From positions 30,690,001 through 30,754,000 of the forward strand of contig NC_043017.1 in NCBI RefSeq assembly GCF_006345805.1: a DNA stretch of 64,000 nucleotides, read 5' to 3'. A program made the position numbers and the translations under genes. Origin of the DNA: Octopus sinensis (lineage: Eukaryota). Below are positions 1 to 12,385 of this stretch, piece by piece. The stretch's first letter is position 1; each line of letters starts with the position of its first letter. The notes beneath the pieces are model-generated. The model did no database searches and had not been told where the DNA came from. It saw only the letters and a program-made list of their open reading frames with translations.

Positions 1-138
1 TGTTTCTGACGGAGAGCTCCGCTCGAAAAGTTGAACCCTCCTTCATTCTCTCCTTCCTGAGCGTCCAATAATACAATACCTGTTCCACGTCCTCACGTGT
101 TGTGTTTTTTTCTTTGTGGTTTCATGTTGGATTAACTT
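1..138 (+). mobile_element. Penelope-like pseudo-LTR fragment (family P1) with a degenerate minimal hammerhead at 2-36
   Basis: GTTT-CTGACGG-A-GAGC-TCC-GCTC-GAAA-AGTT-GAAC; homologous reverse copy at 54653-54866; runs directly into (TA)n. Confidence 0.65.
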
Positions 139-160
139 TATATATATATATATATATGTA

Positions 161-202
<42 letters not shown>

Positions 203-306
203 ATATTATATATATATATTATATATATTATAATATATATATATATACATACATATATATATATATATATATATTGGAAGGTTTGGAGATGATGTACAGG
301 TATTTT

Positions 307-525
307 ATATTAGAAGAAATGAGGTACTCAGAAATCGATGGTGGTTTATATTTACAGATATTTTTCAAATCAAACTTAGTTTGATTTGAAAACCCCACTA
401 GAATGGGAGAAGCGCTAATACATGATCTAAGTTATATGATGTATAAAAAGTGTAATATAATATACAAATAAATATCTGTAAATATAAACCATCCGATTTT
501 CTGAGTACCTCATTTCCTCTAATAT
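307..525. repeat. Short fold-back element between (TA)n tracts
   Basis: Arms ~307-362 and ~471-525 are imperfect reverse complements; internal hairpin TTTCAAATCAAACT-T-AGTTTGATTTGAAA at 363-391. Confidence 0.7.
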
Positions 526-534
526 ATATATATA

Positions 535-574
<40 letters not shown>

Positions 575-804
575 TATATATAATTATATTATATATATAT
601 ATATATATATATACATATTATGACCTATTAAGATCGCTATTTGCAATTACAACTGAAATGAAAAAAATATGGTCGTCAATAAGGTCGATATATGTGTGTG
701 GTGTGTGTGTGCGTGCGTGTCTGCGTGTGCGTGTGTGGATGTGAATGAGTATGTATGCTCGCAGCCGCATGGCTAGAAGGCGTAAAAGCGTAAATGCGTA
801 TATA

Positions 805-2072
805 AGTGATCTGATCAATAAGTATCCGGACTGTAGCTAGAGTAAGGAAGCTGAAGGACGCATACTAAAGTCGCTGACACAGATTGGCCTTGAACTTTGC
901 TGTGCATGCGCAATAATTTTTAACGTTCTAACTCGCTTCCGCTGTTTAAAGCAGTGGAAAGTGTGTTGCGTGTGATTGTCTTATTTACCATGATAGAGAA
1001 ACCTGAGCAAAACCCTGCATCAAATTTTGCCAAAATCTTGTCAATAGGCGCAGGAGTGGTTGCGGGGTAAGTAGCTTGCTTACCAACCACATGGTTCCGG
1101 GTTCAGTCCCACTGCGTGGCATCTTCAGCAAGTGTCTTCTGCTATATCCCCGGGCCGACCAATGCCTTGTGAATGGATTTGGTAGACGGAAACTGAAAGA
1201 AGCCTGTCGTATATATGTATATATGTGTGTTTGTGTACCTGTGTTTGTCCCCCTAGCATTGCTTGACAACCGATGCTGGTGTGTTTATGTCCCCGTTACT
1301 TAGCGGTTCGCCAAAAAGAGACCGATAGAATAAGTACTGGGCTTACAAAAGAATAAGTCCCGGGGTCGAGTTGCTCGATTAAAGGCGGTGCTCCAGCAAG
1401 GCCGCCGTCAAATGACTGAAACAAGTAAAAGTTTAAAGAGTAACTATTTAAAGGCCTACACAAAATTTGAAAACTTTTCAGCGTTTTCGATGCATTCAAG
1501 GAGATCGTGTGCAACTGAAACCCGAGTGTCTTTTTTGGTCAGCTGAAATCAGTTTTTGTACAAACTTGGCAGACACGCGTCTCATACTCACATCTTCAGT
1601 AATAATGGACTGAACTGAACCGTGAACTAATAACCACAACCTCTGATAACTCATGCATGTTGGTTCGACGATATCCCCTCTCAAATACACACACATCTCC
1701 GATGATTTTTCGGTTCTGCTAGTTGCGATCCTCCCAAAACGTTTGGCAATATCGACATTTTATGAGCCAGCTTCGAAACATCTGAACAACTCCTACACTT
1801 GTGTGCAGCTCATACACTCCTCTCCATACACATTATGGAACTTGGCATAGGCCTCTCAACAGGTATCGTCATGACATCATTCCCTGTCATGGTCTAAACG
1901 AGGATCACATGCTACACACCTTCCTTTCAAGTACTGGTGTAGACAGCGGAAGGGAGCTAGGTCTTTAAAATTTAAACTGAATTCATAATCAATCTGTGCC
2001 AATCTGATAAGTATAACGTTCTAGCTTCGTTACTATGGCAACAGTCCGGATAATTATAGTTCGACCTCCGCC
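805..2072. mobile_element. Decayed mariner (Tc1/mariner) element with TIRs, interrupted by a SINE
   Basis: Terminal inverted motif TATCCGGACTGT at ~823 and its complement at ~2041-2052; transposase relics MIEKPEQKPCIKFCQNL (+, ~990-1040) and MRRVSAKFVQKLISADQK (-, in ORF 1496-1696). Confidence 0.75.
1046..1441 (+). mobile_element. tRNA-derived SINE family A (octopus-type, internal microsatellite)
   Basis: A-box-like TGGTTGCGGGG, B-box-like GGTTCAGTCCC; about 10 homologous copies in the window. Confidence 0.85.
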
Positions 2073-2104
2073 ATACATAAATGTTCATATATATACGTAG
2101 TATG

Positions 2105-2175
<71 letters not shown>

Positions 2176-2219
2176 CATACATATATATGTATAGATATAT
2201 ATGTATAATATATATATAG

Positions 2220-2478
2220 GGATAAATATTTTATATATAAAGAACGTGAAATACAGGAAGGGACAAACACGGAACAAGACAAATCATTCGAAGCCTTCAA
2301 TCTTCAGTCAGACACCGAATCATCATAGCAAATTTCGGCTCTTCAATTCTGATATTTGCTCCAACTTGGCCAGCCCAAGAAAAAAAACTAACTGTAAGCA
2401 TTAGATTTCTTGGTAGAAGACAGGAATGTGAACGCACGAGACGGAATGTAAATACGAGAGACGAAGAAAACGAAATTG
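2220..2478 (-). mobile_element. Probable pLTR-like fragment between (TA)n tracts
   Basis: Non-microsatellite block bounded on both sides by (TA)n, like the HHR-bearing elements; no clean HHR found. Confidence 0.35.
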
Positions 2479-2516
<38 letters not shown>

Positions 2517-2599
2517 CATAAGAATTAAAGAGACCTCGATATTGTGTAAATACAGAACTTATCTGTAAATGTAATATGTGACAATTATTCGCTTGCCAT

Positions 2600-2660
2600 G
2601 ATGAAACTCCAAGTTTCGGATGAAAAGGTGGTAATCTAAGGCGCCATCTTTTCAGTTATC
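2600..2660 (-). ncRNA. Degenerate type-I hammerhead motif (Penelope-like)
   Basis: Minus strand: GATAA-CTGAAAA-GATG...CATC-C-GAAA-CTTGGAG-TT-TCATC; stems I, II and III recognisable; G8A substitution. Confidence 0.5.
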
Positions 2661-2705
2661 CGGACATCGGAAAAATGCTATGAACGTATATATAATACAT
2701 CTGAC

Positions 2706-3026
2706 ACCCCTTTTGGTCATGACTGACCATGGGATTGCACCTAGAAAGTTACCCTCAGGTACAAATCCGGGCAAATTTGTTTATGGAAGACCAGCTGTTG
2801 CCCATGCACACCGGTCTCTCTTCTCCAGGCCACCAGTGTTATCCAAGGGAAAGACAAAGGTCGATACAGCTTGGCACCAGTGACGTCGGAACTCATTTCT
2901 ACAGCTGAGTGAACTGGAGCAACGTGAAATAAAGTGACTTGCTCAAGAACACAACACGCAGCCCGGTCCGGGATTCTAACTCACAACCTCACGATCAGAA
3001 GCCCGACGCTCTAATCACGGAGCCAT
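2706..3026 (-). mobile_element. tRNA-derived SINE family C
   Basis: Reverse-complement homolog of 6138-6455 and same-strand homolog of 45012-45312. Confidence 0.85.
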
Positions 3027-3764
3027 ATAGATATATATATATATATATATATATCTAATATATATATATATTATATATATATATATATATTAAGAAGGAG
3101 GAGACAATTGAATATGAATATTCACACTCACAGGTGCACATATACACATAAACACACGCACACAGATACCTACACACACAGATATATATACATGTGTATA
3201 TATATATATGTATCTGTGCGTATATTGTGTACGCATACTTACATTCAGGAGTTGTGTGTGTGTCTCTATATTTTTGTGAGAACATTTAAGATAATAATTT
3301 CATTACGTAAGATATATAGAATTTAAAGTAATATATTTCTTTTTAAGCAAATCGATTTTCGCAAAGACAAAAAAGCAACGTTGTCTAGAAGAATGACAGA
3401 AGAGGCGAAAAACAAATAATAAATAAAACATATCCAAAGCGAAATTTTAAAAAGAATTAAATTTTCGTTTGGTGTGTATATGCGTCAGCGTATTTTCCTG
3501 TGTTCGTGTGTGGTTCTGTTTGTGTTTAGAATTATTAACTATTGAATAAGATTATGCGAACAATTACGGTTGTTTGTATGCCAAGGTACATACATTTGGA
3601 GCCGACCATGTTGGTTCCAGGTACTATATTTCTCTTAAATGGTTGGAATTTTCTAACTTTCCTTCTGTGCCATTACTGTTTGTTGTTTATTCTATATAAT
3701 CTTTTTGCGTTCAGATTCCTCTGCCTGATGCAATGTTGTTTGTTTTTTATTCACACTTTTTTAT

Positions 3765-4180
3765 AGGCGCAGGAGTGGCTGTGTGGTAATAAGCTTGATT
3801 CCCAACCACATGGTACCAGGTTCGGTCCCACTGCGTGGCACCTTGGGCAAGTGTCTTCTGCTATAGCCTCCGGCCGACCAATGCCTTGTAAGTGGATTTG
3901 GTGGATTGAAACTGAAAGAAGCCCATCGTATATATGTATATATATATATAATATATATGTCTGTGTGTGTTTGTGTGTTTGTGTTTGTCCCCTAGCATGG
4001 CTTGACAACCGATGCTGGTGCGTTTATGCCCCCGTCACTTAGCGGTTCGGCAAAAGACACTGATAGATTAAGTACTGGGCTTACAAAGAATAAGTCCCGG
4101 GGTCGATGTGTTCGACTAAAGGTGGTGCTCCAGCATTACCGCAGTCAAATTACTGAAACAAGTAAAAGAGAGAGAAAGAG
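3765..4180 (+). mobile_element. SINE family A
   Basis: Full-length homolog of 1046-1441. Confidence 0.85.
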
Positions 4181-5088
4181 TTGTTTTGGATTATAATCAA
4201 AATTTTGATGTTGTGATGGGTCATATATTGAATGATATTGTAGGGTAGGTGTGAGAGACCCGATCAGGTCAGTGTGAACAGAAATCTAGTAGAGTATGCT
4301 AAAGTGTTAAAATAATAATTAGAATAAACATTTTTAACTATGTATTATGTATATTTATTGTTTCTCTCTTGTATAAGAAGGATATATAATTAAAAAGGAG
4401 AAAAAGCGTATACTGTCGTTTTATTTTATCGTTCAAGGGTGAGTCATTTGCGTTTTTTATTTCAAGTAATAAACCCTAATGCATTGTGGAAATGATAAAA
4501 TCCACATATTATTAAGTATAAGTATTCTGCATTATCTGCAACAATGCAAACGTCGTTTATCTCACTTACTCTTTCACCTGTGTTAAGGTAAGATGGAAAA
4601 TAGCAGCTGATTAGTCAAACCTATTTAAAGTATTTCAAATACTGATGTCTTATTCCTATGACAGACCCATAAACATTCCCATATTTTTACATGTCATCGC
4701 TGCAACTCGTTGTGAATTAATTTTATGCCATCGTAGTAATATGTAATTTTATTCGAACTTAAAACTTTCAAAGTTATTTATAAAACATAGGTGTAAGAAA
4801 AAGTGAAGCGAACAAACTAAAATTTCTATACCAAACACGATAAAGAAATACATTTCATTCTAATGCCAAACGAGAGACTAGAATGACAGCTGCTTATCCT
4901 AGGAAACTTCTACAAAAACCATATACATGTATATACACAGGTATACATAAACACACACATATATACATATATGATATATATATGTACACACACACACATA
5001 TATATATATATGCATACATATACATATATTTATATGTATACATACATGCATACATACATACATATATATACACATATACATGTGTATG

Positions 5089-5130
<42 letters not shown>

Positions 5131-5336
5131 CGTATATTTGCATGTGTGCAGGTATTTTTATCTATAGGTAAATATCCATATATGTATGTGTATAAATATG
5201 TATATATCTCTGTGTACGAATATACACATATGTGTGTGTAAATATTATTCGTTATAAACGTGTAAAGGGGCGCATTCGTTTGGCATGCATATATGTACAT
5301 GTATGTATAAAAACCATATATATCTGTGAATATAAT

Positions 5337-5367
<31 letters not shown>

Positions 5368-5642
5368 TATATATACTATATATATATATATATATGAGGG
5401 ATACTTGTGTATGTATGTCTGTAGGTATGAAAGGAGAAAAGCAAGAATAAAAGACACAAATATACCAGGGATATAAATTACAGTTGCTGTACATAAATTA
5501 TAGTTACTGTAGCAAAAAAGACATATACTGTACAAGGAAATAAGTCAGAAATACTAGTTTCATAGAAATATGAGAAGTTTGAAGGAGAAGGTATAAAAAA
5601 AAGGTCCCTCGTAAATAAAATGAAAAAGTCTTAAAGATTAAA

Positions 5643-5742
5643 NNNNNNNNNNNNNNNNNNNNNNNNNNNNNNNNNNNNNNNNNNNNNNNNNNNNNNNNNN
5701 NNNNNNNNNNNNNNNNNNNNNNNNNNNNNNNNNNNNNNNNNN
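5643..5742. other. Assembly gap
   Basis: Run of 100 N. Confidence 1.
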
Positions 5743-5814
5743 CCACCGAAACTAGGTAAATAAAAACCTTCAAACAGAGACTATCAGTGGCGACCCTATG
5801 GGTCTCTGAATACA

Positions 5815-5859
5815 TTACATTGACAAGGACAAAGCAAATACCCTGAAACGCGTCTGTAG
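5815..5859 (+). ncRNA. Minimal type-I hammerhead motif, U3-A8 core variant
   Basis: TTACA-TTGACAA-GG...CT-GAAA-CGCG-TC-TGTAG; stem I TTACA/TGTAG, palindromic stem III ACGCGT, GUC triplet; weak stem II. Confidence 0.6.
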
Positions 5860-6137
5860 CTGTCTGACTGGCAGTGTGAAGCGGGTGACCTCCCTTGTTC
5901 GAAGGTTATAATGGACACAGTTTCTGTGTCAAATAGCTATCTTAAGGCCATGGCCTCATGGAGATGAATCAGTGACAGCTTTTAGTCTTATATCGATAAG
6001 AATGCCATATTAATATGGCGATAACAATTAATTTCCAGTAACGCTGCCGTAATCTCTTTAGAGAGGCTTAGTAATTTTAATATTTCTATTATATATATTT
6101 ATTATATATATTATATATATATTATATATTATATATA

Positions 6138-6455
6138 TGGTTAGAGCGTCGAGCTTACGATCGTGAGGTTGTGAGCTCGAATCCCGGACCGGGCTGCGGT
6201 TGTGTTCTTGAGCAAGGCACTTTATTTCACGTTGCTCCAGTTCACTCAGCTGTAGAAATGAGTTGCTACGTCACTGGTGCCAGATGTATCGACCTTTGCC
6301 TTTCCTTGGATAACACTGGTGGCGTGGAGAGGGGAGGCTGGTATGCATGGCGACTGCTGGTCTTCATAAACAACCTTGCCCGGATTGTGTCTAGGAGGGT
6401 AACTTTCTAGGTGCAATCCCATGGTCATTCATGACCGAAGGGGGTCTTTACCCTT
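6138..6455 (+). mobile_element. SINE family C
   Basis: tRNA-like head TGGTTAGAGCG...GCTCGAATCCC; flanked by (TA)n. Confidence 0.85.
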
Positions 6456-6584
6456 TAATATATATATTAATATATATATATATATATATATATACGTTTA
6501 AATATTGTGTGTCAAGATTTTTTATTGGCTAAACTGGCAATATGACCATTCCGAAATATAACAATATATATATATATATAATTA

Positions 6585-6785
6585 TATACATAAAAAAACA
6601 TTGTATACATTAGAACACATTAAGTGGCTACCAAATCGGAAAGCCTTGTGCTAGAAAGAGCAGTAGAAAACTCAAACCACTAATTATGTCTTGAGTTTTC
6701 TACTGCTTCAAATGCTCTTTCTAGCACATGTCTATTTGGAAGACTCTTACTGTGTTCTAATGTACACGATTCTTTTTATGTGAAT
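6585..6785. repeat. Imperfect fold-back (MITE-like)
   Basis: Nested inverted matches CATTAGAACACA/TGTGTTCTAATG, TGTGCTAGAAAGAGCA/TGCTCTTTCTAGCACA, GCAGTAGAAAACTCAA/TTGAGTTTTCTACTGC. Confidence 0.7.
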
Positions 6786-6882
6786 AATATATAGTCTATT
6801 GACTTTTTTTGTGCTAGGCAACTAGTAATAATAACTTCTATAATTCTTATTACCCTAATATTATTATATATATATATACATA

Positions 6883-7346
6883 TACAAATAATTGAAAGAA
6901 TGGAGTTGAACGACGATTTAACAAAATTCTTTATTCTCGACCTATGTTTCGAAGGCTGCATCTTCCTCATTTCGAAGGAATAAGGGGTGCATTATGTCGC
7001 CTTCTAATCAGGAAAAACAAGGAACTTATGTCGCATCAAGATGAACAAAAACTCTTAGATGGCTGCTCACACAGAGTCCATAGCGATAATGAGTGTTTCT
7101 TTAAAGAAATGAGTGTTTCTTTTAAAGAAACACTCATATTGCTATGGACTCTGTGTGGGCAACCATCTAAGAGTTTTTTGTTCATCTTGATGCTGACATA
7201 AGTTCCTTGTTTTTCCTGATTAGAAGGCGACATAATGCACCCCTTATTCCTTCGAAATTAGGAATATGCAGCCTTCGAAACATATGTCGAGAATAAAGGA
7301 ATTTTGTTAAATCGTCGTTCAACTCCATTCTTTCATTTATTTGTAT
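6883..7346. mobile_element. Palindromic Penelope-like pLTR element (family P2) with an HHR motif in each arm
   Basis: ~220-bp arms that are near-perfect reverse complements around a centre at ~7100-7125; homologs at 29440-30015 and 63159-63447. Confidence 0.75.
7211..7293 (+). ncRNA. Type-I hammerhead motif (G8U variant)
   Basis: TTTTC-CTGATTA-GAAGGC...GCCTTC-GAAA-CATATG-TC-GAGAA; all three stems pair; mirror copy at ~6935-7017 (-). Confidence 0.7.
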
Positions 7347-8948
7347 TAAAAAAAACACACAAATTTCCACAAGAATTATCCATACTAAGATAATTTATTC
7401 AACTACTTAAATATGTATATATATGACATTATAGAAATCACTACAAGGTTTTCGACACCTTTCTGCCATGCAGCACATTCGGAAGATGTTGTGTAATTAT
7501 TGTCGCAAGTCCTTCGTCATTTCGCTCCGTGGTGAAAATACATACCTAAATTTTTTTCCTGTGAAAAAACTGCTGGAAATGACATACCACGTTGGTTATG
7601 ATTCCTCACAGAGACAGTAGGATCGCACGAGGAACGAATTTTAAAAAATACTTTCGATGCATCATAATAATTACACATCATCTAACCATTATATTAGTGA
7701 TGCAAAAATCTCTGGAAACAATTGTAGCAATGATTTTAAATTAAAAGAAAAAAGTCTTTCATTTCATTTTCTATCATATAATCTCTTATATAAATTCTAC
7801 GGATAGTATAGAATTCCTGATGTATATTCGGTAGCCGGATTATTTTTACTGATTGTCAGCATCACGTATCCAATAACAGCATACGAGCTGTGCATTGAAC
7901 TCTGCAAGGTTTAACTATGTACATACGCCTGCTTTCTCTCATATATGTATGTACGTATGCATATGTACATATGCGAGTATGCTTGCATATGGTTATGAGT
8001 ATGTGTAGGTGTACCCTCAAATACATGTATAATATTATATGTAACTTATTATTGGGAAGAAGGCGTTGTCTCAATAAATTATGTCCAATTAATCACGACA
8101 ATCTTTAATTTATCTCGAATTCTACTAGTAATGAGATATCGTCTAGTGTGCACGTGTATGCATGCAAATACAGACACGCACACTCACACATAATGTATAA
8201 TATACACAGAAAGAAGGGATCCCACACACGCATAAATATATATATAGAAACATGTGTGTGTATGTGTGCATCTGTGTGCGTGCGTGTGTGGCTGTCAGTG
8301 TATGTGCAAGTGTGTCTCCCACTTTTTTGAGAGTTATTTCCTTCTTTTTGCTTACGCTACGTAATTAGCCAAGAATATGCTCCAAGTTACGTATGATACA
8401 TAAAATATCTGTACACACACAGAACGCATGCACACACACACACACACACACGTACATGCCTTCCTACATACACACAAACATATAAAGAAAGAATGATAGC
8501 AGGCAAATAATGGAGAGGAGGGTGAGAAGTATTACTTGTTTCTATGGAAACAATACCAGAATTAACGAAAGTAGTAAAATGCGTAAACACATGCAGTGAT
8601 AGATTCAGCCTCTTACATCTCCTTCTATTTCTCTATGCGCATAAAACTAATGAACGGGGTGACCCGATTTTCAGTTGTTTAGAGAGAAAGAGCTTTGAAG
8701 GGCGCATATATCTTCTATCTATAGAGAAGTACGTTGTTTATCGGGTTACATTCCCACTAAATTTGGTGGTTAACTACAAACTAGAATCCTTAATTTACTA
8801 CCTTGTTTTATAAGTGCGCACAAACTAAAAGCCACGTACATGCGTATATGCATATATATCTAAGCACATATGCTTATATGCATATATGTATATTTTTACG
8901 TATAATTGTATATACAAATGTGTCTGTATACATACATATATATATATA

Positions 8949-9747
8949 TACTAAGTAATTAAGGGTTTAGCAACGAATTGCCTCACCAACACACCGAATT
9001 TAGAAATAGCAGTCAAAGAGATATAGCTATTCCTTCTACTAAAAGGGGGATCTCAGTAAAAACACAGCACTTGAAAGGCAAACACAGACAGGTAAGAAAG
9101 AAAGAATGAAATGACGGCAATCCATCATACAATTTTAAGTTACCTAAGGACGTAACGTTTCGAAATCAAGTTTTAGGAAAGCATAGAATTAGAAAATTCT
9201 ACCTTACCCAAACTTGTGGAAGGGGGCTGGTGACACAAACTTTCATTCACACTTTGAATTTCGTGGTACTGGTCATGCTTTGGCTCGCTCTGACACTGAG
9301 TTGAGATAATGCCTTCTAGTATCTCAAAATTTAATATACAATTATTCATAATTGTAGTATCCTGCGCCGATGAGAAAAGAAGTTTGGGTAAGTAGAATTT
9401 TCTAATTCTTATGCTTTCCTAAAACTTGATTTCGAAACGTACGTCCGTAGTAACTTAAAATTGTATGATGGATTGCCGTCATTTCATTCTTTCTTTCTTA
9501 CCTGTCTGTGTTTGCCTTTCAAGTGCTGTGTTTTACTGAGATCCCCCTTTTAGTAGAAGGAATAGCTATATCTCTTTGACTGCTATTTCTAAATTCGGTG
9601 TGTTGGTGAGGCAATTCGTTGCTAAACCCTTAATTACTTAGTATTACTTAAATTTTTCCGAATGGGGCTTTTACATGCCGAAATCTACTTGGTGTAATTG
9701 ATAATTATTCCAAATTAATTAATTTCACCCTTTAGTTACTGATAACT
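8949..9747 (+). mobile_element. Fold-back Penelope-like pLTR element (family P3)
   Basis: Arms 8949-9215 and 9380-9643 inverted; 3' extension to ~9747; (TA)n on both sides; HHR spans the spacer/right-arm junction. Confidence 0.75.
9362..9450 (+). ncRNA. Type-I hammerhead ribozyme motif (U4C core)
   Basis: CTGCG-CCGATGA-GAAA...TTTC-GAAA-CGTACG-TC-CGTAG; 5-bp stem I, long stem II, palindromic stem III ACGTACGT; predicted cut after C9445. Confidence 0.75.
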
Positions 9748-10002
9748 ATATATATATATATATACATATATATACATATTATGTATGCATCTATATATAT
9801 ATAATATATATTATATATATATTGTATGTATATATATATATGTATTTATATATAGACGCATTTGTATAAACACTTATACGTATAAATATACATATATGCA
9901 TATAAGCATATATTCTTAGATAGATATGCATATACACATGTACGTTGCTTTTAGTGACTGCGTACTTATAAAACAAGGCAGTAAATTAACGATTCTAGCG
10001 TG

Positions 10003-10160
10003 CTTATGTTCCCCGTAACTTAGCGGTTCGGCAAAAGTGACCGATAGAATAAGTATTAAGCTTACAAAGAATAAGTCCAGGGGTCGATTTGCTCGACGAA
10101 AAGCGGTGCTCCAGCATGGCCACAGTCAAATGACTGAAACAAGTAAAAGAGTAAAAGAGA
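10003..10160 (+). mobile_element. SINE family A, 3' half
   Basis: Matches the 3' part of 1046-1441. Confidence 0.8.
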
Positions 10161-10992
10161 TACAGAAATGGAGGAAAATGCTGCCCGCTGCTAATTTTCT
10201 TTCTATAAATCAGCGACTTTGGAGAATATTACTCTCTTGATCTGCTACAACAGTGTTATGGAATTAATGTTTCGAGGCAACACATATTTACGATCAAGAC
10301 TGCTGGTGTCGAATTCCAAATGTTGTAAAGTTGAAGCCAGTATTGCAGTTATATATTTTATACAAAAATTAAATGAAGGTAACCCTATAGGGAATATGGC
10401 AACTTTCTCACAAGAAGACGTGCTTAAAACAATTGCTTGTTAATGAATTAACTTACAAAAGATTTGTGCAGAATTTCGTAGATATTTTCTCGCACACAGA
10501 TCAGAGATATGTACTGCCCTTCAGACGAAATATCTAATTAAAGAATATGTTTTTCAATTAGGAATCGTTTGCTTTCCTCATTAATTATTTGGCATTTGTT
10601 ATCCAGTGGGTGTGTGCGTTTACTTAGTATCGGGATATTAATCCCAAAAGGAGTGTTCTCTTCCTCAACATTATAAGTACAGAGGTGATTAAATTGCTAG
10701 CAATATTTACGTTAGAGAATATTTCAGTGGATATATACATACATATATATATATATTATATATATATATATATTATATATATATATATATAATATATATA
10801 TATATATACATATAGATAGATTGTCAGAAGGTAAATAGATAGATAGATAGAGTGATATATTTAGATAGATAGATATATATTTGTATATATATGGATGTAT
10901 CTCTTATCTTTCCCTATTCCTCTGTCTTTCTGTCTATCTATTTCTTTATTTATCTATCTATCCCTCTGTCTATCTATATATATATCTATCTT

Positions 10993-11086
10993 ATTTCTTT
11001 ACTACACTCAAGGGGCTAAACAAAGAGGGGGCGTACAAGGACAGTCAATCGGTTTATATCGACCTCTGTGCGTAACTGGTTCTTAT
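10993..11086 (-). mobile_element. SINE family B 3' fragment inside (CTAT)n
   Basis: Reverse match to the family B tail ...GCCCCTTGTGGGTAGTAAAGAAATA. Confidence 0.7.
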
Positions 11087-11088
11087 CC

Positions 11089-11191
<103 letters not shown>

Positions 11192-12385
11192 TTGTCTGTC
11201 TGTCTATTTGTCTGTCGGTCTGTCTATCTATGTATCTATATATGTAGCCAAACCTCGTTTATTCGAACATTAATTATCTGGTTTACAGTTTATCGGGACA
11301 CGATCTGCAGGGTCCATGAATATTTAATGTGCCATACAGCGTAAACTGATATTCAAACACAACAATGGTTCGTGCATTGCCTCTTTCGCTTAGATTGATT
11401 AAAAGCAAATAAATGCCACCTGCCGCTAATTTGGTTCAAAACGTAGCAGTGGGTATCGATGAAAATGATTTTAACGCATAAAACTGCACAGAGCATGTAC
11501 AAAAAACGACGCATCAAAGACGTGTTACCGATCGACATTTACGCCACGAGCTCCTTTTTTTTTTACAGTTATCAAAATCATCCATTTGTTAGTCGGTAGG
11601 CTCGTTTCATTTCAATCAGTCGCTTTAAGCAGTTTTAAAATAATTTTATATAAAATGTATTCGCATGCTAAAACACTCAAAGCCGAGGCAAAAATCATTA
11701 GTTTGCTCCTTTCTTTGTTCTATATATCCTGGCAGCACATCTCTTACAAGTGACCGAGTTTATTTGACATTACCAGGTCCGTGACGAGACACCGAAAACA
11801 GCGTTGACAATCGCAAATAATATTGGGATTTTGCAGAGTCTGGATCATTGTGAAAATGCAGTAAGGATTGCACAAGAATACAACACGGGAAAATAAGTCT
11901 CCGACACCAAGATTTTGAGGAATTTATCAGCGAAAGCGACATTTCTCATGTTTTAAAAATAAAACTCATGAAGTCAGCGAAAGATGAAACTCATGATCTC
12001 GCTCTGTTTTTCTGATTTTCATGGCAACGTAGGAGTGAGATATTCGTGTTAAGACTGATGTAATAAGAAAAAGCCGCAGGTTTCCATAAACGAAGCCCAA
12101 CCAGTGAAAGTCTCCACCGTTTTTTAAAGATCGTCACTGCATTAGTCACATCAGCGTTCTTCGAGAGCAAATGTAGTTCGGTGACGGGGTCATGGAGGAA
12201 TTCATACAAAAACTATAATCCATCAGCTGTAAAGAAAGTTATGAACTTGATCTTTTGTACTACACCGTGGAAACTGAATTACTTTGGTTTTGTTATGTCG
12301 CACGTTCGGATGCCTCTCTCAACTCTTCTCAACTCGACTCTGACTGCTACGCTGTTCTAGTTCTAATCTATTCTGACGACGTCTA

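Noticed and set aside
2281-2345. Possible type-II hammerhead on the minus strand (GAAA...CTGAAGA)
   Set aside because: Stems I and III do not pair and stem II needs a 5-nt bulge.
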